A DNA stretch of 64,000 nt from a virus (Duplodnaviria; Caudoviricetes): the IMG/VR virus record IMGVR_UViG_3300033233_001970. One strand, given 5' to 3'. The position numbers were made by a program, and so were the translations under genes. Within the stretch, counting starts at the first letter, position 1; every line of letters starts with the position of its first letter. Below are positions 41,894 to 52,006 of the stretch, in pieces. The notes under the pieces were generated by a model. It worked only from the letters and a program-made list of their open reading frames with translations. It was not told the DNA's origin and searched no databases.

Positions 41894-42097
41894 TCATCGG
41901 CCTTCCGGCGCAGGTTCCCGCAGGAGCCGCCGTAATTTCGAGGTGAGGTACGGCGCAATCTCCGATTGCGAGCCTCCCATCGGAATCAAAATCGTTCGCC
42001 CGTTCGGCAAACGGTAAATGTGATGGTCGCCGTCTTTGCGGTCGAGCACACCGCCCGCAGGGATGACGTGCTTGCGGACGAATTCTCGAGATTTCAT
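41894..42097 (-). CDS. HicA-family mRNA interferase-like protein
   Basis: MKSREFVRK...GGVLDRKDGDHHIYRLPNGRTILIP...EIAPYL. Confidence 0.72.
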   Translation of the reverse strand: MKSREFVRKHVIPAGGVLDRKDGDHHIYRLPNGRTILIPMGGSQSEIAPYLTSKLRRLLREPAPEGR

Positions 42098-42503
42098 TTC
42101 GAAACCTCAATCGGCTTCGCTCGCCACCAATGCCATCCAGGCCCGCCGCTCGGCATGAACGGAACGATTTGCTTCAGTTCCGTTTTGCAGTTCGGACAGT
42201 GGTACTTGCCCTCGTAGAGTCCGGTTCGGCCTTTGGGCGAAGATCCCTAAAATCATCGACGTCGCTCATGGGTCGGACTCCTCTATCAATCGATCGATTT
42301 CCGTGTCCGCGCGCCGAAGCTCGGCAATGAGCCGATCTCGCTCTCTTGCGGCTTCGTAGAGCCGCCGATTCTGAGCCTCCACGAGTCGCGTCATGTGTTG
42401 GCCGTGAAGCCAAAGCTGCAAGAGTTGGCGAACATCTTTGTAGGATGCGGTTCCGCGCGCCCGCTTGAGCATGGGTTTGAACGTGCGCAAGAACGGGAAC
42501 ATT

Positions 42504-43232
42504 TCAGCTTTTCAATTGTCCGCCGCTACCGCCGCCCATGCGGCTCCCGGTGTGAATGTTGGCGCCGTCCACTTTTCCGCGCGCGAACGCGCCGAAGTCG
42601 CTGGCCCCTCCGAAATGTCCACCGCTGCGCAACTTTTCGTGAAGCTCTTTCAAGCGCTCTTCGGCTTCGCTTTGCCTGCGATCGAAAATCGCGAGTGCGG
42701 CGCTCTGCGGAGCAGCGGCGCGCGCTTCCTCGCGTGCCGTTTTCTTCGCGTGGTACATGGCATCGAGCACGCCTCGTGATGCGCCGTGCTTGTAGGAATT
42801 GATCCACGCTTTTCCTTGACCGGAAAAGCGTTTCGCGAGCCGCTCGATTTCGAGCACGAGCCACGAATACATGTAGCGCGCCGTCGAGACGTCGGACGGC
42901 CGACCGATGACGTGAAGCGACGTGCCCCATCGCCCGCGCTTTCCTGGCGTTCGGTAACACGCGCAGTTGTAGTGCCGAATGAGTTGCACCGCGAGCGACA
43001 ATTGCCATTGCGGCACGCTACCGTCCCACCGCGCGAATGCGTCGCGATCTTCGTCCGGTCTTTCGCCGACCTCACCACTGTCGGCTTGTAGCTGCGCCTC
43101 TTGCAAGCCGTGCTCTTGAATGAGCCTGTCGGCAGCAGCGGCAGCAGCGGCAGCTTCATGTTCCGTCGCGGCGGCATTCGTGGCGAGTCGCCGTAGTTTT
43201 TGAACCTTTGCGATCAATTCGTCGAGTGCCAT
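42504..43232 (-). CDS. DUF2786 domain protein
   Basis: LIAKVQKLRRLATNAAATEHEAAAA...RLIQEHGL; WQLSLA; NSYKHG. Confidence 0.82.
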   Translation of the reverse strand: MALDELIAKVQKLRRLATNAAATEHEAAAAAAAADRLIQEHGLQEAQLQADSGEVGERPDEDRDAFARWDGSVPQWQLSLAVQLIRHYNCACYRTPGKRGRWGTSLHVIGRPSDVSTARYMYSWLVLEIERLAKRFSGQGKAWINSYKHGASRGVLDAMYHAKKTAREEARAAAPQSAALAIFDRRQSEAEERLKELHEKLRSGGHFGGASDFGAFARGKVDGANIHTGSRMGGGSGGQLKS

Positions 43233-44489
43233 TTTCGTTTCCTTTTCAGTCGGCGTCAGTCGGCGTTACCTTTTTCGCCATTGCCGTTCCCCTTTTTTCG
43301 TACGTCCTAGAAGCCCCGCGCGTAGGTTCGGGGGAACGGACCGCGAGCGCGGCCTACGCGCAGAGCTTCTAGGACGCGCGAAACGCACGTCGGTTACGTC
43401 CCGAGAAGTGCGGCGTCGATAGCGTGCATTTCGTTTGTTCCCATGATGTTGTAGACCTCGGGATTTGCGATGAGGCGCCTTCGTACTGCCTGCCACGCGA
43501 CACGCGCTTGTTCCTCCGACTTCACCTCGAACGCGACCTCGCGAACGCGATTCGCAACGTAGTCGGGCAAAGCCGCGAGCACGTTGCAACGAATGCAGTC
43601 GCCAGGAACCGGCGAGCCGTCGTGACGATGATCGCCCGTCGCGTCGTAAGCAATCGTCGCATCGACGATCGCTTGTACGAATATGTCGAGCGCGTATGTA
43701 TTGCGATTCATTTTTCGCCCCACGGATCGATATCCGCCATGAGAATGTCGGCGACGCTCTCGCCCGTTTCCTCGCCCCATTGCGAACGCGGTGCGAGCAA
43801 TTCTCCCGCTCCGTTGTAATCGGCTCCGCACTCGCACGTATTCGTGAATCCCGAAAGCGTGACGTGCGCACCGCAGCGTACGCAAACACCGATCGTATGC
43901 TCGGTGATTCGTTGCGTGACGGGATCGCGCTTGCGCGGAGAAATGATTCTCATCACAGCCCCTCTTTCCGAGCGATGGCGTGAGCCTTCCAAAGAAGAGC
44001 CCGGATTTCTCGGTAAACTTTGCGCGTCGCGGGCGCTTTAGTTTCCGATTCTTCATCGAATACGACTTGGCCGATCCCCTCAAGGATCGCGGCGAGCGAT
44101 TCTCCCGCAGCCCGCGTGCGTTTGATTTCTTGCACGTAGTCTAGCGACGTGTCGCTCACGACGCGACCTCGCACGCAACGGGCGCGATCGGATGTGCGCG
44201 ACATTCGCCCATGCCGCGCGGACTTTCAAAGTCGGCGCAGCCGCAGCGCTCGCAATCCGGGCAACATTTGCCATTTTCAGAAGCGGGCGCGGTGACGTCG
44301 AGCCAGCACCCACGGCACGCGCAAAATTTGTGAACGGTTCGCATCGGACGTTCCCCTTTCCGATTCCTCGATTTCTCCAGAACATGGGTCGGCGCGCGAC
44401 GCGAGTCCGCGCGCCGACCGATGCCTTGAGGATTTTAGCAAATCGAAGCGCGCCACGCAGCTAAGCGAGGCGCGCTCCCGATTTTCGTT

Positions 44490-45053
44490 TCAGTTCGTCG
44501 GCGTCGTCGCCGTGCTCGGCGCGTCGATCGGCTGAATCTCCGAAACGCGAACCTTGAACCGATCGCCGCCGCCCGTTTTCACGAGCATCCACGGACGATC
44601 GACAATGACGATCGTGAGGTCGCCGAGGTCGCTCTCGGCGAGCATCACACGCTTCGCGATGACGGCGAGATCCTTCGCGCACACTCGCACGAGCGTTCCG
44701 ACTTCGTAATTGACGACGCTCGCCGACGCGGGCGCCGAATCACGAAGCACGTCCGCCACGCCTACGAGGAGCGCGAGGGCCGACTTGCATTGATCGACGG
44801 CCGACGCGAGAATCGCCGCCGTATCCTTGTCTTTCGATTCCTTCGCCCACGCTTCGGCGGTTTCGATCGACGCCTTGATCCCGTCGATCCCGTCGGTGAT
44901 GGCGTTCGCGGTGCGCTCCGCGAGGCTCTTTTTCGTGTAGGTACGTTTCGGCTTGGCGGGCGCGGTGGCGGGCGTCGTCGCCGTGTCCGCCGTGTCCGGC
45001 GCGGTGGCGCCGTTCGTTGCAGCGCCGTTCGTTGTCGTCTCTTGCGGTTGCAT
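44490..45053 (-). CDS. hypothetical protein (helical N-terminus, SH3-like C-terminus)
   Basis: First gene after promoter 45099-45127; leader AAGGGGAACGAACC. Confidence 0.7.
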   Translation of the reverse strand: MQPQETTTNGAATNGATAPDTADTATTPATAPAKPKRTYTKKSLAERTANAITDGIDGIKASIETAEAWAKESKDKDTAAILASAVDQCKSALALLVGVADVLRDSAPASASVVNYEVGTLVRVCAKDLAVIAKRVMLAESDLGDLTIVIVDRPWMLVKTGGGDRFKVRVSEIQPIDAPSTATTPTN

Positions 45054-45098
45054 GGTTCGTTCCCCTTGTGATGATGATGGTTTCCTCGGTCACCGTGT

Positions 45099-45127
45099 AC
45101 CATAAGCAGTACACGCAAACGTGTCAA
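45099..45127 (-). promoter_or_regulatory. sigma70-type promoter TTGACA-N17-TATGGT
   Basis: Perfect -35, 17-nt spacing. Confidence 0.7.
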
Positions 45128-45693
45128 TACCCACTAGCCGCGAGCCTCGAATCGATAAAAGAGTACACGTATCCCGTTTCGCACGAGGCGAGCGCGGCCA
45201 AGGCGAGAGAGCTACGCGGGGCCGCAGAGCGCGGGCCAGCGACGGAGCGCGCCGCGAGCAAACGGCGTAGCTCTCCCGTCTCGGACGCGCGAGCTACAGG
45301 GCGTAGCTCTCCCGGTCCGTCATGGTTTGCGGATCTTCGCTCGCAGGGCGCACGTTTCCTGTTCGAGCTCGACGAGCTACGCGCGCACCGACTCGCCGGA
45401 AATCCGTACAATGGGCGGATCCGTGGGTCGGATCGCGGCACAAGCTCGCGAGCGCGCAGGGCGCGCGCGGAGGTCGCGACGGATCGCAAGTTTAGATTTT
45501 TAGCAGACGTCGAGCGGGCGGCGCTCGCGCACGGGTCGCGGGTCGCATGATCGAATTTCCTTGATAGTTGACGATTTCACACGGCCGCACGTTTCGACGT
45601 GCGCCGCGCTCGCGCGGCGAGCCCGAAGACTCACCGCGCGAGCGCGGCACGCGCCAAGCGAGCCCGTAGGCCCGCCCGAGCGCGTGCGCGCTG

Positions 45694-47352
45694 CTACTTC
45701 GCTTCGGGCGCCTCGTAACGCGGCACGCGACCGCTCGCGAGCCACGATCCGATCGCGCTCTCCGCGTCGCGCCTTGTGAGCGCGTCCTCGCCCTGAATGT
45801 GCCGCGTCCACGCTTGCGCGAGGTCGGCGCGCACGACGCGGTTAGCGTCGCGACGCTCCGAGAAATACGCCGCCGTGAGCGCTTGCGCACGCTCCTCTTT
45901 GCGTCCGCGCAGCACGCCAACTAGCGGCTTGTCACGTTTCAGCATATCGAGCCAGAATCCAGGGATCGCGACGTCGATCGGCACGCCGATCGGGATCGCG
46001 ATTTCAGCTTGACGCGCCGTCCCCCATGCTTCGCAAAGCGCGTCAATCGCGAGCCTCGCGTGCTTTACGAGCACGTCCAGTCCGCGTGTCATATCGCCGC
46101 GATGAATCCGCGAAAGCTCCCTTGCGACGGCTTCATACGTGCTCGCGTTCAGGCAGCGGAGCAGCGTTACGCCGCCCCCGCCCCGTAGCCTGCTCGTCCC
46201 GTTGTCGCGCGAGCGAAACGAGGCGTACCCCGTGAACGGCTCGCCGACTGCCTGCTCTGCGACGGGCGTAGACGTCCACACGTGGGCGCGAAGCTCCCAT
46301 GCGGTAGTGACGGGATCGTAGGTGTACGTCCCGCGCGCGTCGCTCGGAAGCTCGGCGACGACCGACCCGAGCACGGTAGGCGCGTCGGCCTCACCGTAGC
46401 TCGGAGCTACCACGGCGTAGACGTCGCGAAGCGCGGAGCGCATGCGAAGCCGTAGCGTGGTCTCCGGTGAGCGCTCGCACTCGAACGCGAGCACCTCGGC
46501 GATCTGACGGAGATCGGCTTGACGTTCGGCGGTGTTCGCGGCGCGACGCGCCTGAACGATCGCCGTATCGACCGCTTCGCCCTTCTCGCGCGCGGCCTTG
46601 TCGTGCGCTTCCGCGCCCTTCTCGGTGCTCACGCTCTCCGCAATGCGGTCGCGAAGACCGAGCGCGTACCCGACGCCAGGGGCGCCGAGACGAGAGAAGA
46701 TCCCGCGAATCGCTTGCTCGCCGAGTTTGTGACCACGGATCGCGATCGATCCGTTGACCGTGAGATCGCGCACGAGATCGCGCGCCGTCATGGTGACGTC
46801 GGTTCGCCCTTCCGACTCGACCGCCGCGCGGAGCGCGTCGGCGGCGTGACGGACGAACATGAGGGCATTGTGCTCCGCCTTGCGGGCGTCTTGGTTCGCG
46901 TAGCCTTCCGACGCCATGCGGGTTCCCGTGGCGTAAAATTGCTCGCTCGCGTTCACGTCCACGCCAGCGGCGCGGAGCGCGTCTTGCTGCGCGTTGATCC
47001 GCTTCGCCGCGTCCGCGTCGTGAACGGTGTTCGTCCAGGTCGAGACGGGCGAGACGGGGCGGGCGCTGCTCTGTTCAGTGGTCGGCGCGGGCGCGACGTC
47101 CACGCTCGCCACCTTCGCCACGATCGGCGTAGGCGCGTCGGCGGGCGGGATGGCGTCCGAGGTCGGCGCGGGCGCGCCGTTCGGCGTGGGGGGCTTCCCC
47201 GCGTCCAGAATCACACGCTCGCGACCATCGGCGAAGCGCTCGCGGATCGTGAGCGGGCCACGCGCGGTCAAGCGCTCGGCCACATCCGGGTCAAGCATGA
47301 GGGATCCGTGTTCGATCGTCTCGTGCCCGTTGCTGAAAATGTACGTATTCAT
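45694..47352 (-). CDS. DUF932-like phage protein
   Basis: LRMRSALRDVYAVVAPSY...FRSRDNGTSRL...LLRCLNAST...RIHRG. Confidence 0.6.
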   Translation of the reverse strand: MNTYIFSNGHETIEHGSLMLDPDVAERLTARGPLTIRERFADGRERVILDAGKPPTPNGAPAPTSDAIPPADAPTPIVAKVASVDVAPAPTTEQSSARPVSPVSTWTNTVHDADAAKRINAQQDALRAAGVDVNASEQFYATGTRMASEGYANQDARKAEHNALMFVRHAADALRAAVESEGRTDVTMTARDLVRDLTVNGSIAIRGHKLGEQAIRGIFSRLGAPGVGYALGLRDRIAESVSTEKGAEAHDKAAREKGEAVDTAIVQARRAANTAERQADLRQIAEVLAFECERSPETTLRLRMRSALRDVYAVVAPSYGEADAPTVLGSVVAELPSDARGTYTYDPVTTAWELRAHVWTSTPVAEQAVGEPFTGYASFRSRDNGTSRLRGGGGVTLLRCLNASTYEAVARELSRIHRGDMTRGLDVLVKHARLAIDALCEAWGTARQAEIAIPIGVPIDVAIPGFWLDMLKRDKPLVGVLRGRKEERAQALTAAYFSERRDANRVVRADLAQAWTRHIQGEDALTRRDAESAIGSWLASGRVPRYEAPEAK

Positions 47353-48323
47353 GGGTTTTCGCTGGCCTTCCCCCACGCGCAAAGGTCGCGCGCGGGCGCA
47401 TCCAGGCGATCCGTGGATCGTCCAGTAGCGTCCGCGCGGGAAGCCGCGCGCGGGGCGTGCGCCGAGTCGTTTCGCAAGGTACACCCTTTCCGGCCCACGC
47501 ACACCGAGGGCCTACTATCAATGTAACCACGGAAATCGGCTTGTCTTGCGTTGCAATACGTGTGCCGATAGTGGGTCACGGCTAAGTGTGCAGAATGTTT
47601 CGCACCGTTTCGCGTGGATGCGAACCGTACTTCGCAGTTTTTCGAGCTTCGCGTAGTACGCTTCGCGGTTCGAGCTTCGATTTCGAGGCTCATTCGTCGA
47701 AAAATTGAGTGATTTCGTCGATTTTCTGAAGTCATTCGTCGAAATCGATGATTTCTATACGATTTCGAGGATACGATCGTCGATTTGTGCGCGTTTCCAG
47801 CGCGCTCCGCGTCTCGCATCGTTTCCTCGATAATTCCGAGATGATCCGCGATTCGACGCTGAGCCGTGAACTTTCGACGGATCTGGGCCGAAAATCGACA
47901 TTCGTACGCTTTTCGTGTTCCTGTATCGGGACACGTCGAGGCTATTCGCGACCTCGGCGAGCCTTTCGCGCCGAGTCGGATCCGCGACTTTGCCTCGAAT
48001 ACCGCAGGAAGCTGGGGGTACGCCGCGAGTACCTAGTACGTTACCAGGGGCGCTAACCGGGGCGATTTCGAGGTTTTGATCCGAGGTGATTTGAGTGATT
48101 TTGACCTCGATCGAAGCCAAATCGAAGCTCGAGATTGGGCCTGAACGATCGAAATTGCTTCGTTTTCGGCGAATCGCGAGCGTCGGCAGACGGATCCGGG
48201 CAAATCGCGGCCTTCGTCCCGTCGCCGGAGCTTCGAGGTTCGAAACGCGAAAATGATATTTTCGACGATATCTGCGGTGTAACCAGCAGTTACGTCGAAA
48301 ATCGTGTCCTGTATCGGTACACG

Positions 48324-48692
48324 CTACGTGCGCAAAACGAAGACCTGGAGCTCCGCCGCGCGCGCTTTTGCAAGAACGTCGCGCGTACCTGGGCTCGATC
48401 CGTCCCAAATCGCGATAAGCGCATGCGCGCGCGCCACCATCGAGGAATTGCGGTGCATTCCGGCTCCCTTACCGTATCGCCAGAGCGCAGGAAAGCGCTC
48501 GATGGGGATGTTTCGAGCTTCCGCCCACCTTTCGCCGAGGTAATCGGCGCCAAAATAGGTACGCGTCACCGGATCGTACGACTTCTGCGCACCAGAAATC
48601 ACGGTTGAGGGTGCAAAACCGGATTCTTCGACGGCGCGCGCGACGAGCGCAGGGTCTCGAATCGAGCTAGAACCGGCAATGATGACACGCAT
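48324..48692 (-). CDS. SLOG family (DUF2493/YspA-like) protein
   Basis: RVIIAGS...VISGA...GADYLGERWA...AGMHRNSSM...LIAIWDGSSPGT. Confidence 0.85.
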   Translation of the reverse strand: MRVIIAGSSSIRDPALVARAVEESGFAPSTVISGAQKSYDPVTRTYFGADYLGERWAEARNIPIERFPALWRYGKGAGMHRNSSMVARAHALIAIWDGSSPGTRDVLAKARAAELQVFVLRT

Positions 48693-48938
48693 TTATGTGC
48701 TTTTCTTCTTCAAATCACGTCGCCAAACGCTGCATGGCCCGCACGGGCAGCACTTGCGTACGAAGTCGAGCGCGCGGTCGGAAGTGTAGATTCCGAGCAA
48801 ATGATCAGCTTCGATTCGGGATAGTACGTTGCATTTTCGAATCTTTTCACGTCGATAACCGCGACGAGCGTTGACGAGCGTGGGATCGTCGGGGCCCCGA
48901 GGCGTTCCGTCGGCGCGGAGGCGATAGATGATTTTCAC
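48693..48938 (-). CDS. hypothetical protein
   Basis: Directly follows promoter 48947-48975. Confidence 0.45.
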   Translation of the reverse strand: MKIIYRLRADGTPRGPDDPTLVNARRGYRREKIRKCNVLSRIEADHLLGIYTSDRALDFVRKCCPCGPCSVWRRDLKKKST

Positions 48939-48946
48939 AAGTGATC

Positions 48947-48975
48947 AATCTAACTCGTTATTTTCAAACAGTCAA
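48947..48975 (-). promoter_or_regulatory. sigma70-type promoter TTGACT-N17-TAGATT
   Basis: AT-rich intergenic, 17-nt spacing. Confidence 0.55.
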
Positions 48976-49164
48976 AACACAAAAACGCATCCACATCTGC
49001 GAGAGTGTTTCATATTTCGTCGTTTTTTCACGCTGCGCACTCATTTCGACGTTCCGTCGATTTCCTGAAATGCCCCAGGATCGACGATCGCCCGAAGAAG
49101 GCTCCGAGGGGTGAATGGGCGGCGAAAGCGCGGCAGAATCCATTTTAGGAGCTGCGCGGCCCGT

Positions 49165-50130
49165 CTACACCTTCCGGCTTACGAGATCCGCGATCTCACC
49201 AGCGAAATCCTGGCGCGCGTCGTCGTAAATTGACAGTGTGCGCCCATCAGCATGGCGGCTGAACTTCTGCACTTTCCTTGTGTTACCGTTCGTCTCGTCG
49301 AGTGCTGTCGTGATCGCGGTATGGCGCAAACCGTGAGGCCGAACCTTTCCGACATCCGCTTTTTTGCCGAGATTTTTAATGATCGCATACACAGCGGAGC
49401 CGGTAAGCGCGTGGCCGTAGCTGTTGCGGTCGAGAGCGATGAACAACGGCCCAGGTTCATTTCCGCGAACGACGAGCCATGCACGTAACGCGTCCTTGGT
49501 TTTCTCAGGAAGCGTAACCCTTTCACGAGCATGTCGCCCTTTCCCGAACACCCATACGATACCTTCTTCGAGGTCTAAATGCTCGAGGTGAAGTGACACG
49601 ACCTCACCGCGACGAAATGCAACATCATGAAGTAGCCGAACGAGCGCCGCATCGCGAACGCCTTTCGAGTCGGTACGTTCCTTCAATGCGTTGATCATTT
49701 TCTTGATTTTATCTTCGCCTGGGCCTCGCGTATCGCGGTACGGCTGCACATCGAGCCCTTCGATTTCGATGTTCCAGTTCACCATGCCGAGCATTCTTGC
49801 GAGTTTCACGATGGATCGAATCGCGGCAAGGCGACGGTTTATTGTTGTAGCTTGCAATGGTTTTTCAGTGGCTTGCGATGTTTTTTCGAGCATGTGCGCG
49901 CGATACCGGAGAACAAGCTCGTTCGCGGCGCCCGCTTCGCGCCGAAGAAGCTCGTCGACGGCGTCGCCGACGGCTGCAAGCTCGAGGAATGCTCGGAAGT
50001 CTTCAAGATCGCGACTGTACGCGCGCAATGTGTTCGGGCTGCGGCCGTTCAGAAACGCAGCAATCAAGCGCTGCGCCACGGAGCCCTCATTGACGAGCTC
50101 TGTGTGAGTGGAAAGCACGAGATCGCTCAT
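49165..50130 (-). CDS. tyrosine recombinase/integrase (XerC/D-like)
   Basis: SPNTLRAYSRDL; catalytic R (FRRGEV), K (GKG), HGLRH, RH, Y (LSIYD). Confidence 0.93.
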   Translation of the reverse strand: MSDLVLSTHTELVNEGSVAQRLIAAFLNGRSPNTLRAYSRDLEDFRAFLELAAVGDAVDELLRREAGAANELVLRYRAHMLEKTSQATEKPLQATTINRRLAAIRSIVKLARMLGMVNWNIEIEGLDVQPYRDTRGPGEDKIKKMINALKERTDSKGVRDAALVRLLHDVAFRRGEVVSLHLEHLDLEEGIVWVFGKGRHARERVTLPEKTKDALRAWLVVRGNEPGPLFIALDRNSYGHALTGSAVYAIIKNLGKKADVGKVRPHGLRHTAITTALDETNGNTRKVQKFSRHADGRTLSIYDDARQDFAGEIADLVSRKV

Positions 50131-50204
50131 CGGAAAAGTGTTTGCGATAATGCATATTTTCGCAAGCTAGAACCGATGGCACGGAAAAAGATTTCGAGAA
50201 AAGG

Positions 50205-50233
50205 TTGACACGGTACGGTACACGGTTTACGGT
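50205..50233 (+). promoter_or_regulatory. sigma70-type promoter TTGACA-N17-TACGGT overlaid by four ACGGT direct repeats
   Basis: TTGACACGGTACGGTACACGGTTTACGGT; ATG 7 nt after the -10 (leaderless-like). Confidence 0.7.
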
Positions 50234-50240
50234 TTTCAGC

Positions 50241-50462
50241 ATGGCTAGAGGAACCGTGGCACCCGAGGACGTGAGGAAGTACGTCGCGGGTGTCGCCGCA
50301 AAAACGATGAACGGCACCGAGGACGCGAGCGCGAAGCTCGAGCTCTCACGAGAGACGATCGCGCGCATCATCGCTGGGCTACCAGTTCAAAAGGGGACGA
50401 TTGCCCAGGTTGAGAAGAAAATGGCTGAGGATGGTCGAGGAGCGAGAAGGGTCGGAACGTGA
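50241..50462 (+). CDS. small HTH DNA-binding protein
   Basis: TEDASAKLELSRETIARIIAGLPVQKGTI; divergent from the integrase. Confidence 0.65.
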   Translation: MARGTVAPEDVRKYVAGVAAKTMNGTEDASAKLELSRETIARIIAGLPVQKGTIAQVEKKMAEDGRGARRVGT

Positions 50463-50533
50463 TGGCCTCGCGCGAACTGATCGTTCATCGATTTTCGCAG
50501 AGAGTTACCTAAGTTTCAAAAGGGGAAACCGTT

Positions 50534-52006
50534 GTGTCGAAAACGCGTGCCGATCTAAAACTCGCGCAAGTCGCGGTCAGTAAGCTCGTGGCCGGAGGCC
50601 AGTTCTCCCGTCTCGAGCTTTTTCCGACCCTCGGCAAGCAAAGCGCGGCGAACGGCATTCGCTGGCACAGCGAATTTCTGAAGCGCCTCCTCGACAGCGG
50701 GCTCGTCGAACGCATCGGGCACCCCAAGGGCAAACCCATGTACGTCGCCTCTCCTGGCGACGCGCTCGCGAAGGTCGATGTCGCCGCGTTTCTCTGGCCT
50801 GGCACCGCGAATTCTTCTCCCTTGGAGCAAATGCCGATCGAGTACGACGACGTTGCGGGCGGTCTCGTCGAGATTGAGCCCGAGCCGGAGTCCGAGCCGG
50901 AAGTCGATTCCGAAGCAGAAACCGAGCCCGGACCCGAAGCCGATTTACGAATCGAAGAAGAGGCGGAGCAACGTGCGCACGAAGAAGTGCAGCAGCGCCA
51001 AATGAACTCCGAGCTCCTCGCCGTCTTCAACCACAAGATCGATCAGTTCATCACTGTGCTCGAATCGATGAACGATCGCATCGGCACGCTCGGCGATCGT
51101 GTCGAGAAACTCGAAGCACGATCTCCGACGACGTTCCCGAGCAACGATGTTCTAGCGAAGCTCCTTTCTTCGCATCTCGACGAGACGTTGACGCGCCTGA
51201 TGACGACGGCGGATCGCCCGCCGCCCGCCGCTTCCCCCGAATTCGTGAAACCCGAGGACGCGAAAGAGATCACCGATCGTCTGAAGCTCTTGACGAAGGA
51301 GAAGGGGCGTTCGTTCCTCGACAAGTTCAAGGTTTCGCAATCGAGGTTTCTCCTCGCTTCAGACGCCAAGGCTGCGTTCGAATTCCTTGACGAGCTCGAA
51401 GGCAGGAAGACACCGAGCCGTCCGGACATCGTGCAAGCTCTCGCGCGTATCGAATCGAAAGTGAGCGTCGAGCTCGAGGAAAAAATTCAAGGGTGGCTCG
51501 ATGACACGGACAACGAGTTCGTCTCGAAGATCGCTAACCTCGAAAAGAAACTCGTTGACAAGCTCGATGGTGGCATTTCGCTCGGTGGCGGGTTCAAGAC
51601 TCTTGTCGATGCCCTCGGTGATCATCGCAAGCTCGACAAAGAAGATCGAGACAGGCTTCTTCAGGCGATCGTGCAAGCGTTCAACACGTCGACGAAACAG
51701 ATCCGAGAGGAAATCTCGGGTACCCGATCGAAAATCGATCAGTTGGAAGGTAGGGTCAAATCGAAATTCGATCACCTGGACGGCAAGCTCAAGAGGGTCG
51801 ACAGTATCGAAAAGGATGTCGTCGCCGTGATGACAGGGATTTCAAGACTCCTCGATCAGAACGAAACCGTCTTCGCTGCGCTTTCGAAGCTCATTCGTCT
51901 TTCGGGCGGCGACGTCGGGCACAGCCTTACGTCTCAGAAGAGCGGGCTCGCGCTGATTTCGGCAGTTACGGCGATGCCCATTGCTGACAGCGGAGCGAAG
52001 AAATGA
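50534..52006 (+). CDS. hypothetical protein: winged-helix-like N-terminus, acidic linker, long coiled coil
   Basis: AAGGGG RBS; FLKRLLDSGLVERIG...MYV; heptad C-terminus. Confidence 0.7.
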   Translation: MSKTRADLKLAQVAVSKLVAGGQFSRLELFPTLGKQSAANGIRWHSEFLKRLLDSGLVERIGHPKGKPMYVASPGDALAKVDVAAFLWPGTANSSPLEQMPIEYDDVAGGLVEIEPEPESEPEVDSEAETEPGPEADLRIEEEAEQRAHEEVQQRQMNSELLAVFNHKIDQFITVLESMNDRIGTLGDRVEKLEARSPTTFPSNDVLAKLLSSHLDETLTRLMTTADRPPPAASPEFVKPEDAKEITDRLKLLTKEKGRSFLDKFKVSQSRFLLASDAKAAFEFLDELEGRKTPSRPDIVQALARIESKVSVELEEKIQGWLDDTDNEFVSKIANLEKKLVDKLDGGISLGGGFKTLVDALGDHRKLDKEDRDRLLQAIVQAFNTSTKQIREEISGTRSKIDQLEGRVKSKFDHLDGKLKRVDSIEKDVVAVMTGISRLLDQNETVFAALSKLIRLSGGDVGHSLTSQKSGLALISAVTAMPIADSGAKK

